This document shows positions 22,514-32,629 of a stretch of 64,000 nucleotides of DNA, piece after piece. The notes under the pieces are model-generated. The model did not search any database and was not told the origin of the DNA. It saw only the letters and a list, made by a program, of their open reading frames with translations. Position 1 is the stretch's first letter. Each line of letters starts with the position of its first letter. The DNA lies in assembly GCA_033582715.1 (NCBI GenBank), contig JAVQZZ010000001.1:118431-182430 (forward strand). Reading direction: 5' to 3'. A program made the position numbers and the translations under genes. The DNA is from Lysobacterales bacterium (lineage in GTDB: Bacteria > Pseudomonadota > Gammaproteobacteria > Xanthomonadales > BPKI01).

Positions 22514-24923
22514 GGAGGCCGAGCAGCGCGAGACCGCCGAGGCCGAGGAAGGGGATCGGGCGCGGCGGCGGAGAGCCGAGCGGCACCTCGGCGCTCGCCT
22601 CGCGGGCGAGAAGCTCGGCACCCGCGCGCGCCTCGCCCCGGGCGGTGTTGCGGAGCACCGCGCCGGACTGGAGATCGCTCGCCGCGATCGGGCGCTGGCC
22701 CTCGCAGACGAGGGTCGCGCCGGGGGCGAGCGCGGCCGGCTGGGGGGGCGTGCAGGCGAGCGAGGGCAGCAGCGGGTCGCCGATCGTTGCGCCGGTGAGC
22801 GGGAGCGTGCCGGTGTTCCTGAGCTCGATCCGGTAGCGGACGAGCTCCCCGGGCTCGCCGCGGCCGGAGCCGTTCGCATCCTCGAGGGTCGCGGTCTTGA
22901 CCAGGGTCATCGCGGGCGCGCCCGCGGGAGCGGCGCGCGCGAGGGTCTCGGCCTCGAGCGGGCCGTACTCTGCGCCCCCCTGGCGCAGCCCCGACAGCCG
23001 CGCGCGGTTGCGCACCAGCCCCGCCGCCACGTCCGCGGCGGTGGTCAGGTAGCTCCCCGTGCAGACCACGGCCGCGCCGGGCGCGAGGCTCGCGGGCAGG
23101 GCGGGGGTGCAGCTCAGGCCGGGGAGCAGCGGATCCGCGATCGCGCTCACCGTGATCGGCCGCTCGCCGGCGTTCTCCGCGCGGAGCTCGTAGCTCAGCG
23201 TCTGGCCGGGCGCGGTGAAGGGCTCGCCGGCGGTGACGCGCTTGTCGAAGCGCAGCCGGTCGCAGTCGGGGGTGAGCAGCGGACGGTACGGAGTCGCGGC
23301 CGCAGAAAGACCGAAGTTGCCGGGCGTGGCCCCGTTCTCCGGGAACTCGCTCACCGCCTGGGCCAGCGACACGCCGCTCGGCCCGCCCTCGACCGAGAGG
23401 TCGAGACTCGCCGGCAGGCTCTGGGTGGAGATGAACACCACTCCCCCGCCCCCGCCGCCGCCCGGACCGGCGCTCCCCGGGCCGCTCGGGCGCTGGTCCC
23501 CGCCGCGGCCGCCGCGGGCGCGGAAGCTTCCGGTGAAGTCTTGCAGATCGCGGAGGTAGAGGATCAGGCTGCCCCCGCCGCCGCCGCCGCCCGCGCCGCT
23601 CGCCCCGCCGGTGGCATCCTCCCCGCGCGCGCCTTCGGCCTCGAAGCGTCCGGAACCCAGCAGGCGCCCGACCTCCACCAGCACCACCCCGCCCCCGCGA
23701 CCGCCGCCGCCCGCCCGGCCCTCGGCGCTCGCCCCGGCCCCACCCCCGCCCCCGAAGAAGGCGACGCCAGAGTAGCTGGACCCGATCCAGTAGATCCCAT
23801 GCCCGCCCCAGCCGCCCTTGGGGCGTCGCCAGTCGCCGCCCCAGGCGGCCTGGGAGGGTCCCACCGAAAGGGCGTCGAGATCGGCGGTCGCGGCGCTGTA
23901 GCCGCCGCGCCCCCCGCCGGGGTGGCCGAAGCCGTTCGGCACCTGGCTCACCGGGTCAAGGGCCCAGGCCGGGGAGGCCAGGTCCGGATTCCCCTGGCGC
24001 GCGAAGAGGATCGCCGGCAGCCGAGGGTCGTAGGCGACGGCGGCGTGTGGCGTCCAGGGCAGGTCGATGTCCACGTGGGCACCCCCACCCCCGCCCGCGC
24101 CGTGGCTGCCGCCGCCCCCGCCCCCGTTGCCCGCCGGGGCCTCGTCGAAGTTGCCGCCGGGATTGGAGAAGGGGAAGCTCTGGCCCTGGTAGACGTGGGC
24201 CCCGAGGCTGCCCACGCCCTCCCCCTTGTGGCCACCGGCCGGGACGGCATCGCTTGCATACGCAATGGGCGTGGGCCCGCCGGGCGGACGGTCGTTGCCC
24301 TCCGCGGGGCCGCCGCGGAAGCCCCGCCCGCTCGCCGAGATCGCCCCATCCAGCACGAGCTCGCGCGCCACCAGGGCCGCCACCCCGCCGCGCTCCCCGT
24401 CCCAGGGCCGCGCCACCACCGCCGCCCCCGCCGCGACCGAGAGCCGGCGGTAGCTCGGCACCCGGATCACCTGGCTGTGCGCGGCCCGGAAGGGCTGGCG
24501 CAGGCCGAGGCAGCTTCCGGCCTCGAACACCGGTTCGAGCTCGATCCGGTTGCCCTGGACGCGGGCCACGGTGCGAAGCTCGTAGCTCCCGGCCCCGCCG
24601 CGGTCGGTGACGATCCCGTAGAGCTCGCCGTGGACGGTCCGGAGCTCCGCGCCCCGCGCCTGGTAGAGGAGCACGAGATCCCCGGCCGCGAGCGGCCCGC
24701 CGCCGACGGGCTCAGGGCTGGCGAGCTCGGCGATGTCGGTCACCTCGATCTGGAGATCCCCGGGCGCGGCATCGGCGGCGAGCCGGGCGTACTGGTTGAG
24801 CACGACCTCGCCCGAGCCGACGTGGCGATCGCCGTGCCGCGCGGGCAGGGCGAGCGCCGCAGGGGCCCAGAGCACCCCGAAAAACACCAGGAAGAAGGCA
24901 GGGAAGAAGGCCTCGCGCCGCAT
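22449..24923 (-). CDS. Secreted surface protein, short paralog of 15501-20693 (Gly-rich head, two DUF11-like repeats, IPTL-CTERM-like tail)
   Basis: Start MRREAFFPAFF; shares SPEPVGGGPLAAGDL.L.YQARGA, GRGFRGG, FSNPGG.FDEA, GGGRGGY with the long paralog; tail PPPRPIPFLGLGGLALLGLLTLALAGR. Confidence 0.82.
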   Translation of the reverse strand: MRREAFFPAFFLVFFGVLWAPAALALPARHGDRHVGSGEVVLNQYARLAADAAPGDLQIEVTDIAELASPEPVGGGPLAAGDLVLLYQARGAELRTVHGELYGIVTDRGGAGSYELRTVARVQGNRIELEPVFEAGSCLGLRQPFRAAHSQVIRVPSYRRLSVAAGAAVVARPWDGERGGVAALVARELVLDGAISASGRGFRGGPAEGNDRPPGGPTPIAYASDAVPAGGHKGEGVGSLGAHVYQGQSFPFSNPGGNFDEAPAGNGGGGGGSHGAGGGGGAHVDIDLPWTPHAAVAYDPRLPAILFARQGNPDLASPAWALDPVSQVPNGFGHPGGGRGGYSAATADLDALSVGPSQAAWGGDWRRPKGGWGGHGIYWIGSSYSGVAFFGGGGGAGASAEGRAGGGGRGGGVVLVEVGRLLGSGRFEAEGARGEDATGGASGAGGGGGGGSLILYLRDLQDFTGSFRARGGRGGDQRPSGPGSAGPGGGGGGGVVFISTQSLPASLDLSVEGGPSGVSLAQAVSEFPENGATPGNFGLSAAATPYRPLLTPDCDRLRFDKRVTAGEPFTAPGQTLSYELRAENAGERPITVSAIADPLLPGLSCTPALPASLAPGAAVVCTGSYLTTAADVAAGLVRNRARLSGLRQGGAEYGPLEAETLARAAPAGAPAMTLVKTATLEDANGSGRGEPGELVRYRIELRNTGTLPLTGATIGDPLLPSLACTPPQPAALAPGATLVCEGQRPIAASDLQSGAVLRNTARGEARAGAELLAREASAEVPLGSPPPRPIPFLGLGGLALLGLLTLALAGRHPRGPAARRARGE

Positions 24924-25033
24924 CTCCGGATCACTCCCCAAGGACCTGCGTCCGCCACCGCATCGCTCCGCTTCCGTGGCGGCGGTCACGATTTTACCAA
25001 AGGAGGCGGGACGGGAATCCTCCCCAGGGGCGG

Positions 25034-25852
25034 TCAGCGCTCCCGCCCGCGCGGCACCGGCCGGTATTCCACCCCCCCGCTCGCCCGCAGCGGCTGGGGG
25101 TAGAGGGTCATGAGCTGGAGGATGGCGGGCGGGATCTCGGTCGAGACCGGAAGCCCGAGGGCCTTGGCCGCCTCCGCGGTGATCGGGAAGTCGTGCGTCC
25201 AGGTGCCGCGCGCGAGGAGCCTCGCGGTCTCGGCCGCCCGCCCCGGGTCCATGCGGCGCCCGAGCAGCGTCCTTGCCAGCGCCTCGACCTGATCCAGGGC
25301 GCGCTCGCCGACGTCGGCGAGCACCAGGGTCTCGTCGTCGATCGCGGCGAGCGGCTTCTGCTCGAGCACCCGGACCAGGGAGGCGGCGGGCAGCCCGCGG
25401 ATCTGCGGGTCGATCGGCCCGAGCACGGCGTGCGGGCTCATCACGATCTCGTCGGCGGCGAGCGCGATCAGGGTGCCCCCCGACATCGCGTAGTGGGGGA
25501 CGAAGACCGTCACCTTGCCCGGATGATCGGCGAGGGCACGCGCGATCTGGGAGGCGGCCAGCACCAGTCCCCCTGGGGTGTGGAGCACGAGATCGATGGG
25601 CAGCTCGCGCTCGGTGAGCTGGATCGCCCGCAGCACCGCCTCGCTGTCCTCGACATCGATGTAGCGCACGAGGGGGAAGCCGAGCAGGCTCATCGTCTCC
25701 TGGCGGTGCACGAGCAGGATCACCCGGCTGCCGCGGCGGCGCTCGATCTCGAGGATCTTGCGCGAGCGCATGGCCTCGAGCATCCGCCTCGCCAGCACCG
25801 GCTGGAGGGCGGAGAGGAGGACGAACAGCCAGAACAGCTCGCCGAGCGACAT
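25034..25852 (-). CDS. SDH-family ClpP-fold serine protease with N-terminal TM
   Basis: IDLVLHTPGG, VPHYAMSGGTLIALAADEIVM, LGPIDPQ, WTHDFPI. Confidence 0.88.
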   Translation of the reverse strand: MSLGELFWLFVLLSALQPVLARRMLEAMRSRKILEIERRRGSRVILLVHRQETMSLLGFPLVRYIDVEDSEAVLRAIQLTERELPIDLVLHTPGGLVLAASQIARALADHPGKVTVFVPHYAMSGGTLIALAADEIVMSPHAVLGPIDPQIRGLPAASLVRVLEQKPLAAIDDETLVLADVGERALDQVEALARTLLGRRMDPGRAAETARLLARGTWTHDFPITAEAAKALGLPVSTEIPPAILQLMTLYPQPLRASGGVEYRPVPRGRER

Positions 25853-25860
25853 GGCACACC

Positions 25861-26605
25861 TCAGTCCCAGAACAGGCGCGGATCGCGCCGCCGACCGTGC
25901 GGCGAGAGGCCGAAGCGGCACTCGTCGCCATAGAAGCAGCGCCGCCTCCGCTCGCGCAGCCAGGGCGCGAGCAGCCAGCCGGCCGCGAATCCGCCGATGT
26001 GCGCCCACCAGGCGATCCCCCCGCTCATCCCCGCCCCGAGGGCGAAGAGCCCCGGCACGATCTGGGTGACCAGCCAGAACAGGGCGAAGACGATGGCCGG
26101 GACCTCGAAGAACCAGGGCAGGAACAGGATCGGCACGAAGAGCACGAGCCGCGCCGCGGGAAAGTAGCGCACGTAGCAGCCGAGCACCCCGGAGATCGCG
26201 CCCGAGGCCCCGATCGTGGGCACGGTCGAGAAGGGATGGAGCAGGGCGTGCGCCATGCCGGCCGCGACCCCGCACAGGAGATAGAACCCGAGGAAGCGCG
26301 GGCTGCCCGAGCCGGTCCTCCACCGCCCGGCCGAAGAGCCAGAGGGTCCAGAGGTTGAACAGGATGTGCAGCAGGTCGCCGTGCAGGAACTGGCTGGTGA
26401 GCAGGGTCGCCCAGGGCGGGAGGCCCGGCAGCGCCTCGGGCGCATGGAAGCGCAGGGGGACGAGTCCGAAGAGCTGCCAGAGCGCCTCGCGCCCGGCGGG
26501 GGGCAGCAGGCTCTGGAGGAGAAACACTCCCACGTTGACGGCGACCAGCCCGTAGAGGGCGAGCGGCTCGCGCCGGGTCGCCACGCCGTCGGCGACCGGT
26601 ACCAT
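25861..26605 (-). CDS. Rhomboid-family intramembrane serine protease (frameshift near 26305)
   Basis: FLHGDLLHILFN, FGRAVEDRLG, catalytic GASGAI and AWWAHIGGF. Confidence 0.88.
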
Positions 26606-26608
26606 CGC

Positions 26609-29314
26609 TCAGCTCAGGCGCGGATTGGGCTTGTCCGGGTCGATGCCGAAGAGCCGGATCGCGCGGGCCACGTCCCGGCGCGTCATCTCCCCCTCCTCGG
26701 CCAGCGCGGAAAGCGCCGCCACCGCGATGTGGAAGCGGTCCACCTCGAAGAAGCGGCGCAGATTGGCGCGGGTGTCGGAACGCCCGAAGCCGTCCGTCCC
26801 GAGCACCACGTAGCGCATCGGCACGAAGGCGCGGATCTGGTCGGCGAAGGCGCGCACGTAGTCGGTGGCGGCGATCGCCGGCCCGCGCCGGCCCTCCAGG
26901 CACTGCGTGACGTAGGGCTTGCGCGGCTCGGCCTCCGGATGCAGCCGGTTGAGGCGCTCGCAGTCGAAGCCCTCGCGGCGGAGCTCGGTGAAGCTGGTGC
27001 AGGACCAGATGTCCGAGGACACGCCGAACTCCCGCTCGAGCAGCTCGGCGGCGGCGATCGCCTCGCGCAGGATGGTCCCCGAGCCGAGAAGCTGCACGTG
27101 CGGGCCTTGGCGGGAGCGTCCACGGCCCCGGACCCCCACCCCAGAGTCCCGGAACAGCCACATGCCGCGGATGATCCCCTCCGCGGCCGCCTCCGGGACC
27201 GCCGGGTGGGGATAGTTCTCGTTCATCAGGGTGAGGTAGTAGAAGACGTCCTCCTGCTCGCTCAGCATCCGCCGCATCCCGTCCTGGAGGATCACCGCGA
27301 CCTCGCCGGCGAAGGTGGGATCGTAGGCGCGGCAGTTGGGGATCGCCCCGGCGAAGAGGTGGCTGTGGCCGTCCTCGTGCTGCAGCCCCTCGCCGTTGAG
27401 CGTGGTGCGCCCGGAGGTAGCGCCGAGGAGGAAGCCGCGCGCGCGCATGTCGCCGGCCGCCCAGGCGAGGTCGCCGATGCGCTGGAAGCCGAACATCGAG
27501 TAGAAGATGAAGAAGGGCAGCATCGGCAGGTTGTTGATGCTGTAGCTGGTGGCCGCCGCGAGCCAGGAGCTCATCGCGCCGGCCTCGGTGATCCCCTCCT
27601 GCAGCACCTGCCCGGCCGCGTCCTCGCGGTAGTACATGAGCTGGTCGGCGTCCACCGGGCGGTACTTCTGGCCGAAGGGCGCGTAGATCCCGAGCTGCCG
27701 GAACAGCCCCTCCATGCCGAAGGTGCGCGCCTCGTCGGCGATGATCGGCACCACGCGCGGCCCCACCGTCTTGTCGCGCAGCACGATCTGCAGGGCCTGG
27801 ACGAAGGCCATGGTGGTGGAGATCTCGCGCTCGCCGGTGGATTCGAGCAGGCGCTGGAAGGCGGAGAGCGGCGGCACGGGGAGCGACTCGTCGGCCTTGC
27901 GCCGGCGCTGGGGCAGGAAGCCGCCCAGGCGCTCGCGCCGGCTCTTCATGTAGCGCACCTCGGGGGAGTCCGGACCCGGGTGGTAGTAGGGCACCTCGGG
28001 GATGCGCTCGTCGGGGATCGGGATCTTGAAGCGGTCGCGGAAGGCGCGCACCGCCTCGTCGTCGAGCTTCTTGGTCTGGTGGGTGGGATTGAGCGACTCG
28101 CCCGCCTTGCCCATCCCGTAGCCCTTCACCGTCTTGGCCAGGATCACCGTGGGCTGGCCCTTGTGGTGCACCGCGGCGTGGTAGGCGGCGTAGATCTTGT
28201 GCGGGTCGTGACCGCCGCGGTTGAGCCGCCAGATGTCCTCGTCGGAGAGGTGGGCGACCATCGCCCTGGTCTCCGGGTACTTCCCGAAGAAGTGCTCGCG
28301 GGTGTAGGCGCCGCCGAAGGCCTTGTAGTTCTGGTACTCGCCGTCCACCGTCTCCATCATCAGCTTGCGCAGGATGCCCCTGGTGTCGCGGGCGAGCAGC
28401 GGATCCCAGTAGCTGCCCCAGATCACCTTGATCACGTTCCAGCCCGCGCCGCGGAACACGCCCTCGAGCTCCTGGATGATCTTGCCGTTGCCGCGCACCG
28501 GGCCGTCCAGGCGCTGCAGGTTGCAGTTCACCACGAAGATCAGGTTGTCGAGCTGCTCGCGCCCGGCGAGGGCGATCGCTCCGAGCGACTCGGGCTCGTC
28601 GCACTCCCCGTCGCCGAGGAAGCACCACACCTTGCGGTCGCTCGGCGGCAGCAGCCCGCGGTGCTCGAGATACTTCCAGAAGCGCGCCTGGTAGATGCAC
28701 ATGATCGGCCCGAGCCCCATCGACACCGTGGGGATCTGCCAGAAGTCCGGCATCAGCCAGGGATGCGGGTAGCTCGGGATCCCCCGCCCGTCCACCTCCA
28801 TGCGGAAGTGGTCGAGCTGGTCCTCGCTGAGCCGCCCCTCGAGGAAGGCGCGGGCGTAGATGCCCGGGCTCGAGTGCCCCTGGAAGGCGACCAGGTCGCC
28901 GAGGTGCCCGGGGTGCGGGGCGCGCCAGAAGTGGTTGAAGCCGACGTCGTAGAGGGTGGCGGCGCTGGCGAAGCTCGCGATGTGGCCGCCGAGCTCGCCG
29001 GGCCTGCGGTTCGCCCGCACCACCATCGCCATCGCGTTCCAGCGGATGATCGAGCGGATCCGCCATTCCATTGCCGCGTCGGCCTCGGCATCCGGCTTGG
29101 CCTCGAGGTGGGGCGGAATGGTGTTGACGTACTCCGTGGTCGGCTGGAAGGGCAGGAAGGCGCCCGCGCGGCGCGTGACCTCGACCATCCGCTCGAGCAG
29201 CTGGTGGGCGCGGCCGGCGCCGTCGTGCTCGATCACCGCCTCGAGGGCCTCCAGCCACTCGGCGGTCTCGGCCGGATCGGGATCGTTCTCGAGCAGTTCG
29301 TTGAGCGAGTCCAT
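26609..29314 (-). CDS. aceE: Pyruvate dehydrogenase E1, homodimeric type
   Basis: GGHIASFASAATLY, QGHSSPGIYARAF, SYPHPWLMP, TVSMGLGP, GDGECDEPE ThDP motif, NLQRLDGPV. Confidence 0.97.
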   Translation of the reverse strand: MDSLNELLENDPDPAETAEWLEALEAVIEHDGAGRAHQLLERMVEVTRRAGAFLPFQPTTEYVNTIPPHLEAKPDAEADAAMEWRIRSIIRWNAMAMVVRANRRPGELGGHIASFASAATLYDVGFNHFWRAPHPGHLGDLVAFQGHSSPGIYARAFLEGRLSEDQLDHFRMEVDGRGIPSYPHPWLMPDFWQIPTVSMGLGPIMCIYQARFWKYLEHRGLLPPSDRKVWCFLGDGECDEPESLGAIALAGREQLDNLIFVVNCNLQRLDGPVRGNGKIIQELEGVFRGAGWNVIKVIWGSYWDPLLARDTRGILRKLMMETVDGEYQNYKAFGGAYTREHFFGKYPETRAMVAHLSDEDIWRLNRGGHDPHKIYAAYHAAVHHKGQPTVILAKTVKGYGMGKAGESLNPTHQTKKLDDEAVRAFRDRFKIPIPDERIPEVPYYHPGPDSPEVRYMKSRRERLGGFLPQRRRKADESLPVPPLSAFQRLLESTGEREISTTMAFVQALQIVLRDKTVGPRVVPIIADEARTFGMEGLFRQLGIYAPFGQKYRPVDADQLMYYREDAAGQVLQEGITEAGAMSSWLAAATSYSINNLPMLPFFIFYSMFGFQRIGDLAWAAGDMRARGFLLGATSGRTTLNGEGLQHEDGHSHLFAGAIPNCRAYDPTFAGEVAVILQDGMRRMLSEQEDVFYYLTLMNENYPHPAVPEAAAEGIIRGMWLFRDSGVGVRGRGRSRQGPHVQLLGSGTILREAIAAAELLEREFGVSSDIWSCTSFTELRREGFDCERLNRLHPEAEPRKPYVTQCLEGRRGPAIAATDYVRAFADQIRAFVPMRYVVLGTDGFGRSDTRANLRRFFEVDRFHIAVAALSALAEEGEMTRRDVARAIRLFGIDPDKPNPRLS

Positions 29315-29410
29315 CAGGGCTCCCGCGCGGCGGAACCGGGCCGCGAAACCCGTTCACGGTAGCCCGTCGCCGACCGGCTTCGCAATCGCGCGGCGGCGCC
29401 GGCGCGGCGC

Positions 29411-31135
29411 TCAGCCGCCGGGCGCGGCCTCGCGCGCGGCGCGGCTCTGCTCGCGCACCGCCCGGAACTCGCTGCCGGCCAGCCACTCCGGCCAGCGCAC
29501 CTCGCTCGCCACCCGGCGCCCGACCTCCCTGAGCAGGATCAGGTCCTCGATCACGCCGCCCAGGTCCCAGCCGCGATCGAAGTCGTCGCCGGGCTTGTGG
29601 TAGCGGTTGGCGTTGTAGTCGTTGAGCTGCGCCTTGCCCCATTCCTGCCCGCGCTCGCGGTGGTCGGAGCCGCCCTTGGCGTAGAGCGCGGGCACGCCCT
29701 TCTTGGCGAAGTTGAAGTGGTCGGAGCGGTAGTAGTAGCCGCGCTCGGGGAACTCCTCGGGCACCACGATCCGGTTCTGCTCGGCCGCGGCCTCGCGCAG
29801 GTCGTCCTCGAGCTCGGAGTTGCCGTGGCCGACCACGACCACGTCGCGGGTCGGGCCGATCACGGTGAGGGCGTCCATGTTGATCACCGCCGCCGTGCGC
29901 TCGAGCGGGAAGGGCGGATTCTCGGCGTACCAGCGCGAGCCGAGCAGCCCGGACTCCTCCAGGGTGACGGCGGCGAAGACCACGCTGCGCCGCGGCCGCG
30001 GTCCGGCGGCGAAGGCCTCGGCGATCTCGAGCAGGCCGGCCACTCCGGTGGCGTTGTCGATCGCCCCGTTGAAGATGCCCTCGCTGCCGGGGCGCCCGAA
30101 GACCCGGCCGAGGTGGTCCCAGTGCGCCATGTAGAGCACGTACTCGTCGGGCGCCTCGCTGCCGCGCAGGATGCCGATCACGTTCGGCGACTCGGCGCGG
30201 CGGATGCGCTGGTCGATCTCGATGGAGGCCCGGAAGGGCAGCTCCACGGCCCGGAAGCCGCGGGTGGCGGCGGCCTTGGCGAGGGCGTCGAAGTCCTGCC
30301 CGGCGGCCGCGAACAGCCGCCGCGCGGCCTCGAGATGGATCCAGCCCTGGACGCGCAGGCGGCCCGGCGAGTCCGGGGCGTCGGGCAGCTCGAACTGCGG
30401 GCCGCTCCAGGAGTTCTGCACCACCTCCCAGGGGTAGCTCGCGGCCTCGGTCTCGTGCACGATCAGCGCCGCCGCCGCGCCCTTGCGCGCCGCCTCCTCG
30501 AACTTGTAGGTCCAGCGCCCGTAGTAGGTCATGGTGCGGCCGCGGAAGAGCGCGGGGTCGCCGGTCGCGAAGCCGGGGTCGTTGACGAGCACGATCACCG
30601 TCTTGCCGGCCACGTCGACCCCCGCGTAGTCGTTCCACTGGTACTCGGGCGCGTCCACCCCGTAGCCCAGGAAGACCAGCGGCGAATCCGCGAGCTGCAG
30701 CTTCTCCTCCGGCCGCGCGCTGCCCAGCACCACGTCGCTCATGTGGGCGAGGGCGATCTCCTGGCCGGCTCCCGTGACAGGCGCAGCGGCCGCTCGTCGG
30801 TGCGGGTGATCTCCACCATCGGCACCGGCTGGAGGTAGCTGCCGTCGAGGGCGGGCTCGAGCCCGATGCGCCGGTAGTGCTCGGTCAGGTACGCGACGGT
30901 GAGCCGCTCGCCGCGCGAGCCGGGGGCGCGGCCCTCGAACTCGTCCGAGGCCAGCCGCTCGACGTGGGCGGCGAAGTCCTCGGCGCGGATCTCCGGGGCG
31001 AAGCGATGCGCCGCCTGCGCCTGCGGGACCTCGCCCTGCGGAGGCGGGAGCCGGCGGCGGTGGCTCCGCCTCTCGGCCGCAGCCGGCGATCAGGACGAGA
31101 GCCAGGGACAGGAGTGGGGCGATGGCGGCACGCAT
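29411..31135 (-). CDS. M28-family metallopeptidase lipoprotein with PA domain (5' frameshifts)
   Basis: Lipobox IAGC; TMTYYGRWTYKFEEA; AHWDHLG, NGAIDNATG, LEESGLLGS, NMD, RSDHFNF, YHKPGD. Confidence 0.88.
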   Translation of the reverse strand: MRAAIAPLLSLALVLIAGCGREAEPPPPAPASAGRGPAGAGGASLRPGDPRRGLRRPRRAAGLGRVRGPRPRLARRAAHRRVPDRALPAHRARARPRRQLPPAGADGGDHPHRRAAAAPVTGAGQEIALAHMSDVVLGSARPEEKLQLADSPLVFLGYGVDAPEYQWNDYAGVDVAGKTVIVLVNDPGFATGDPALFRGRTMTYYGRWTYKFEEAARKGAAAALIVHETEAASYPWEVVQNSWSGPQFELPDAPDSPGRLRVQGWIHLEAARRLFAAAGQDFDALAKAAATRGFRAVELPFRASIEIDQRIRRAESPNVIGILRGSEAPDEYVLYMAHWDHLGRVFGRPGSEGIFNGAIDNATGVAGLLEIAEAFAAGPRPRRSVVFAAVTLEESGLLGSRWYAENPPFPLERTAAVINMDALTVIGPTRDVVVVGHGNSELEDDLREAAAEQNRIVVPEEFPERGYYYRSDHFNFAKKGVPALYAKGGSDHRERGQEWGKAQLNDYNANRYHKPGDDFDRGWDLGGVIEDLILLREVGRRVASEVRWPEWLAGSEFRAVREQSRAAREAAPGG

Positions 31136-31222
31136 GGCATCACGCTCCCGAGGGGCGACTTCGCGGCGGTGTGCGCGGCCTGCGATGCTAACGCCCGCAC
31201 GCCGCGCCGCGCGAGCCGGGGC

Positions 31223-31931
31223 TCAGGCCATCGCGATCCAGAGCACGACGCAGCCCGCCGCCCCGGCGCGCAGGTCCAGCGCTCCGCGCGCCTCGCCCGG
31301 GAGGCCCAGGCCGTCGCCGGCGACGAGCCGGAACCCGGCGGTCTCCAGCGATCCCTCGACCAGCTGCAGCCAGTGCGCTCCCCAGTCGCCGGCCAGCGCT
31401 GCGGCGCTCCTCGGGCGCGAAGCGCAGCACCGCGATCCGCGCCCGAGAGCGGATCGGCAGCCCTTCGCCGCCCTCCCCGGCCGCGATCACCGTCTCCGGA
31501 CGCGACCATGGCGCGCCCTCGGGACGCAGGGCGGCATGGCGTGGCGCGGCGTTGGCGACCTCCGGCTGCAGCCACAGCTGCAGCAGATGCGCCGGCTCGC
31601 GCGTCGAGGCGTTCCACTCGCTGTGGCGGATGCCGCGGCCGGCGCTCATGACCTGCGCCTCGCCGGCACGGACCAGCTCCTCGTGACCGAGCGAGTCGCG
31701 ATGACGCAGGGTGCCGGCGAGCATCACGGTGACGATCTCCATGTTGGCGTGGCCGTGCTCGGCGAAGCCCTGGCCGGGAGCGATCCGGTCCTCGTTGAGC
31801 ACCCGGAGCGCGGCGAAGCCGAGCCGGTCGGGGCGGTAGTAGTCGCCGAAGGAGAAGCTGTGGCGCGCGTCCAGCCAGGCGCGGCGGGTGCGACCGCGCT
31901 CGGCGTCGCGCACCAGGAGCGGGCCGCTCAT
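31223..31931 (-). CDS. Pirin family protein (YhhW-like; frameshift near the 3' end)
   Basis: WLDARHSFSFGDYY, LRVLNED, HGHANMEIVT, HRDSLG, MSAGRGIRHSE, LLQLW. Confidence 0.88.
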
Positions 31932-32503
31932 GGGGTCGCCGGGCGCCCGGCCTCGGCGTTGATCAGGATCCCGACCTCGTCGCCCACCGGACCGAGGGCG
32001 TAGTTCATGCCGAAGTCGCTGCGGCGGATCCGGCCCTCGGCGCGGAAGCCCACCCAGGGGATCTTGCGCATCGGGTGCTCGCCGAGCCGGTTGATCCGCA
32101 CGTCGAGGCTGAGCGGGCGGGTGACGCCGAGCAGGGTGAGCTCGCCATGCACGCGCAGCCGGTTGTCGCCCAGGTCCTCCACTCTGGTCGAGCGGAAGAG
32201 GAGCTTCGGGTGCTGCGCGACGTGGAAGAAATCCTCGTTGCGCAGGTGCTCGTTGAGGCCCTCGTGGTTCATGTCCACGCTCGCCGCCTCCACCGTCGCC
32301 TCGAGGCTCGAGCGCGACCAGTCCTCGGGATCGAGGACCAGCCGGGCATCGAACTTGCGGAACTGGCCGAGCATCTCGGTGAAGCCGAGGTGGCTCACGG
32401 TGAAGAACACTTGGGTGTGGGCGTGGTCGAGCTGCCAGGGGGCGGGCTCGGCGCGCGCCGCGAGCGCGGCGAGAAGGGAGGCCAGGAGGCAGGCGAGACG
32501 CAT
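31928..32503 (-). CDS. YceI family periplasmic lipid-binding protein
   Basis: Signal peptide; LDHAHTQVFFTVSHLGF, HLRNEDFF, GELTLLGVT, IRRSDFGM. Confidence 0.9.
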   Translation of the reverse strand: MRLACLLASLLAALAARAEPAPWQLDHAHTQVFFTVSHLGFTEMLGQFRKFDARLVLDPEDWSRSSLEATVEAASVDMNHEGLNEHLRNEDFFHVAQHPKLLFRSTRVEDLGDNRLRVHGELTLLGVTRPLSLDVRINRLGEHPMRKIPWVGFRAEGRIRRSDFGMNYALGPVGDEVGILINAEAGRPATP

Positions 32504-32608
32504 GGGGTCGCTCCGGAAGAGGACCGCCGGCGCGGCGGCCCGGTGGTGGATCCGAGGCGAAGGATAGGGGCGCGCGGCGCCGCCGCGGCAGGCGCCCAAG
32601 GCACGGTT

Positions 32609-32629
32609 TTGTTGCAGAATCCGCAACAA
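32609..32629. promoter_or_regulatory. LysR-type T-N11-A inverted repeat operator
   Basis: TTGTTGC-AGAATCC-GCAACAA perfect 7-bp inverted repeat ending at the LysR start codon, in the divergent yceI/LysR spacer. Confidence 0.7.

Noticed and set aside
26609-29314. aceE without aceF/lpdA as an orphan or novel enzyme
   Set aside because: The protein is a canonical homodimeric E1; partner genes can lie elsewhere
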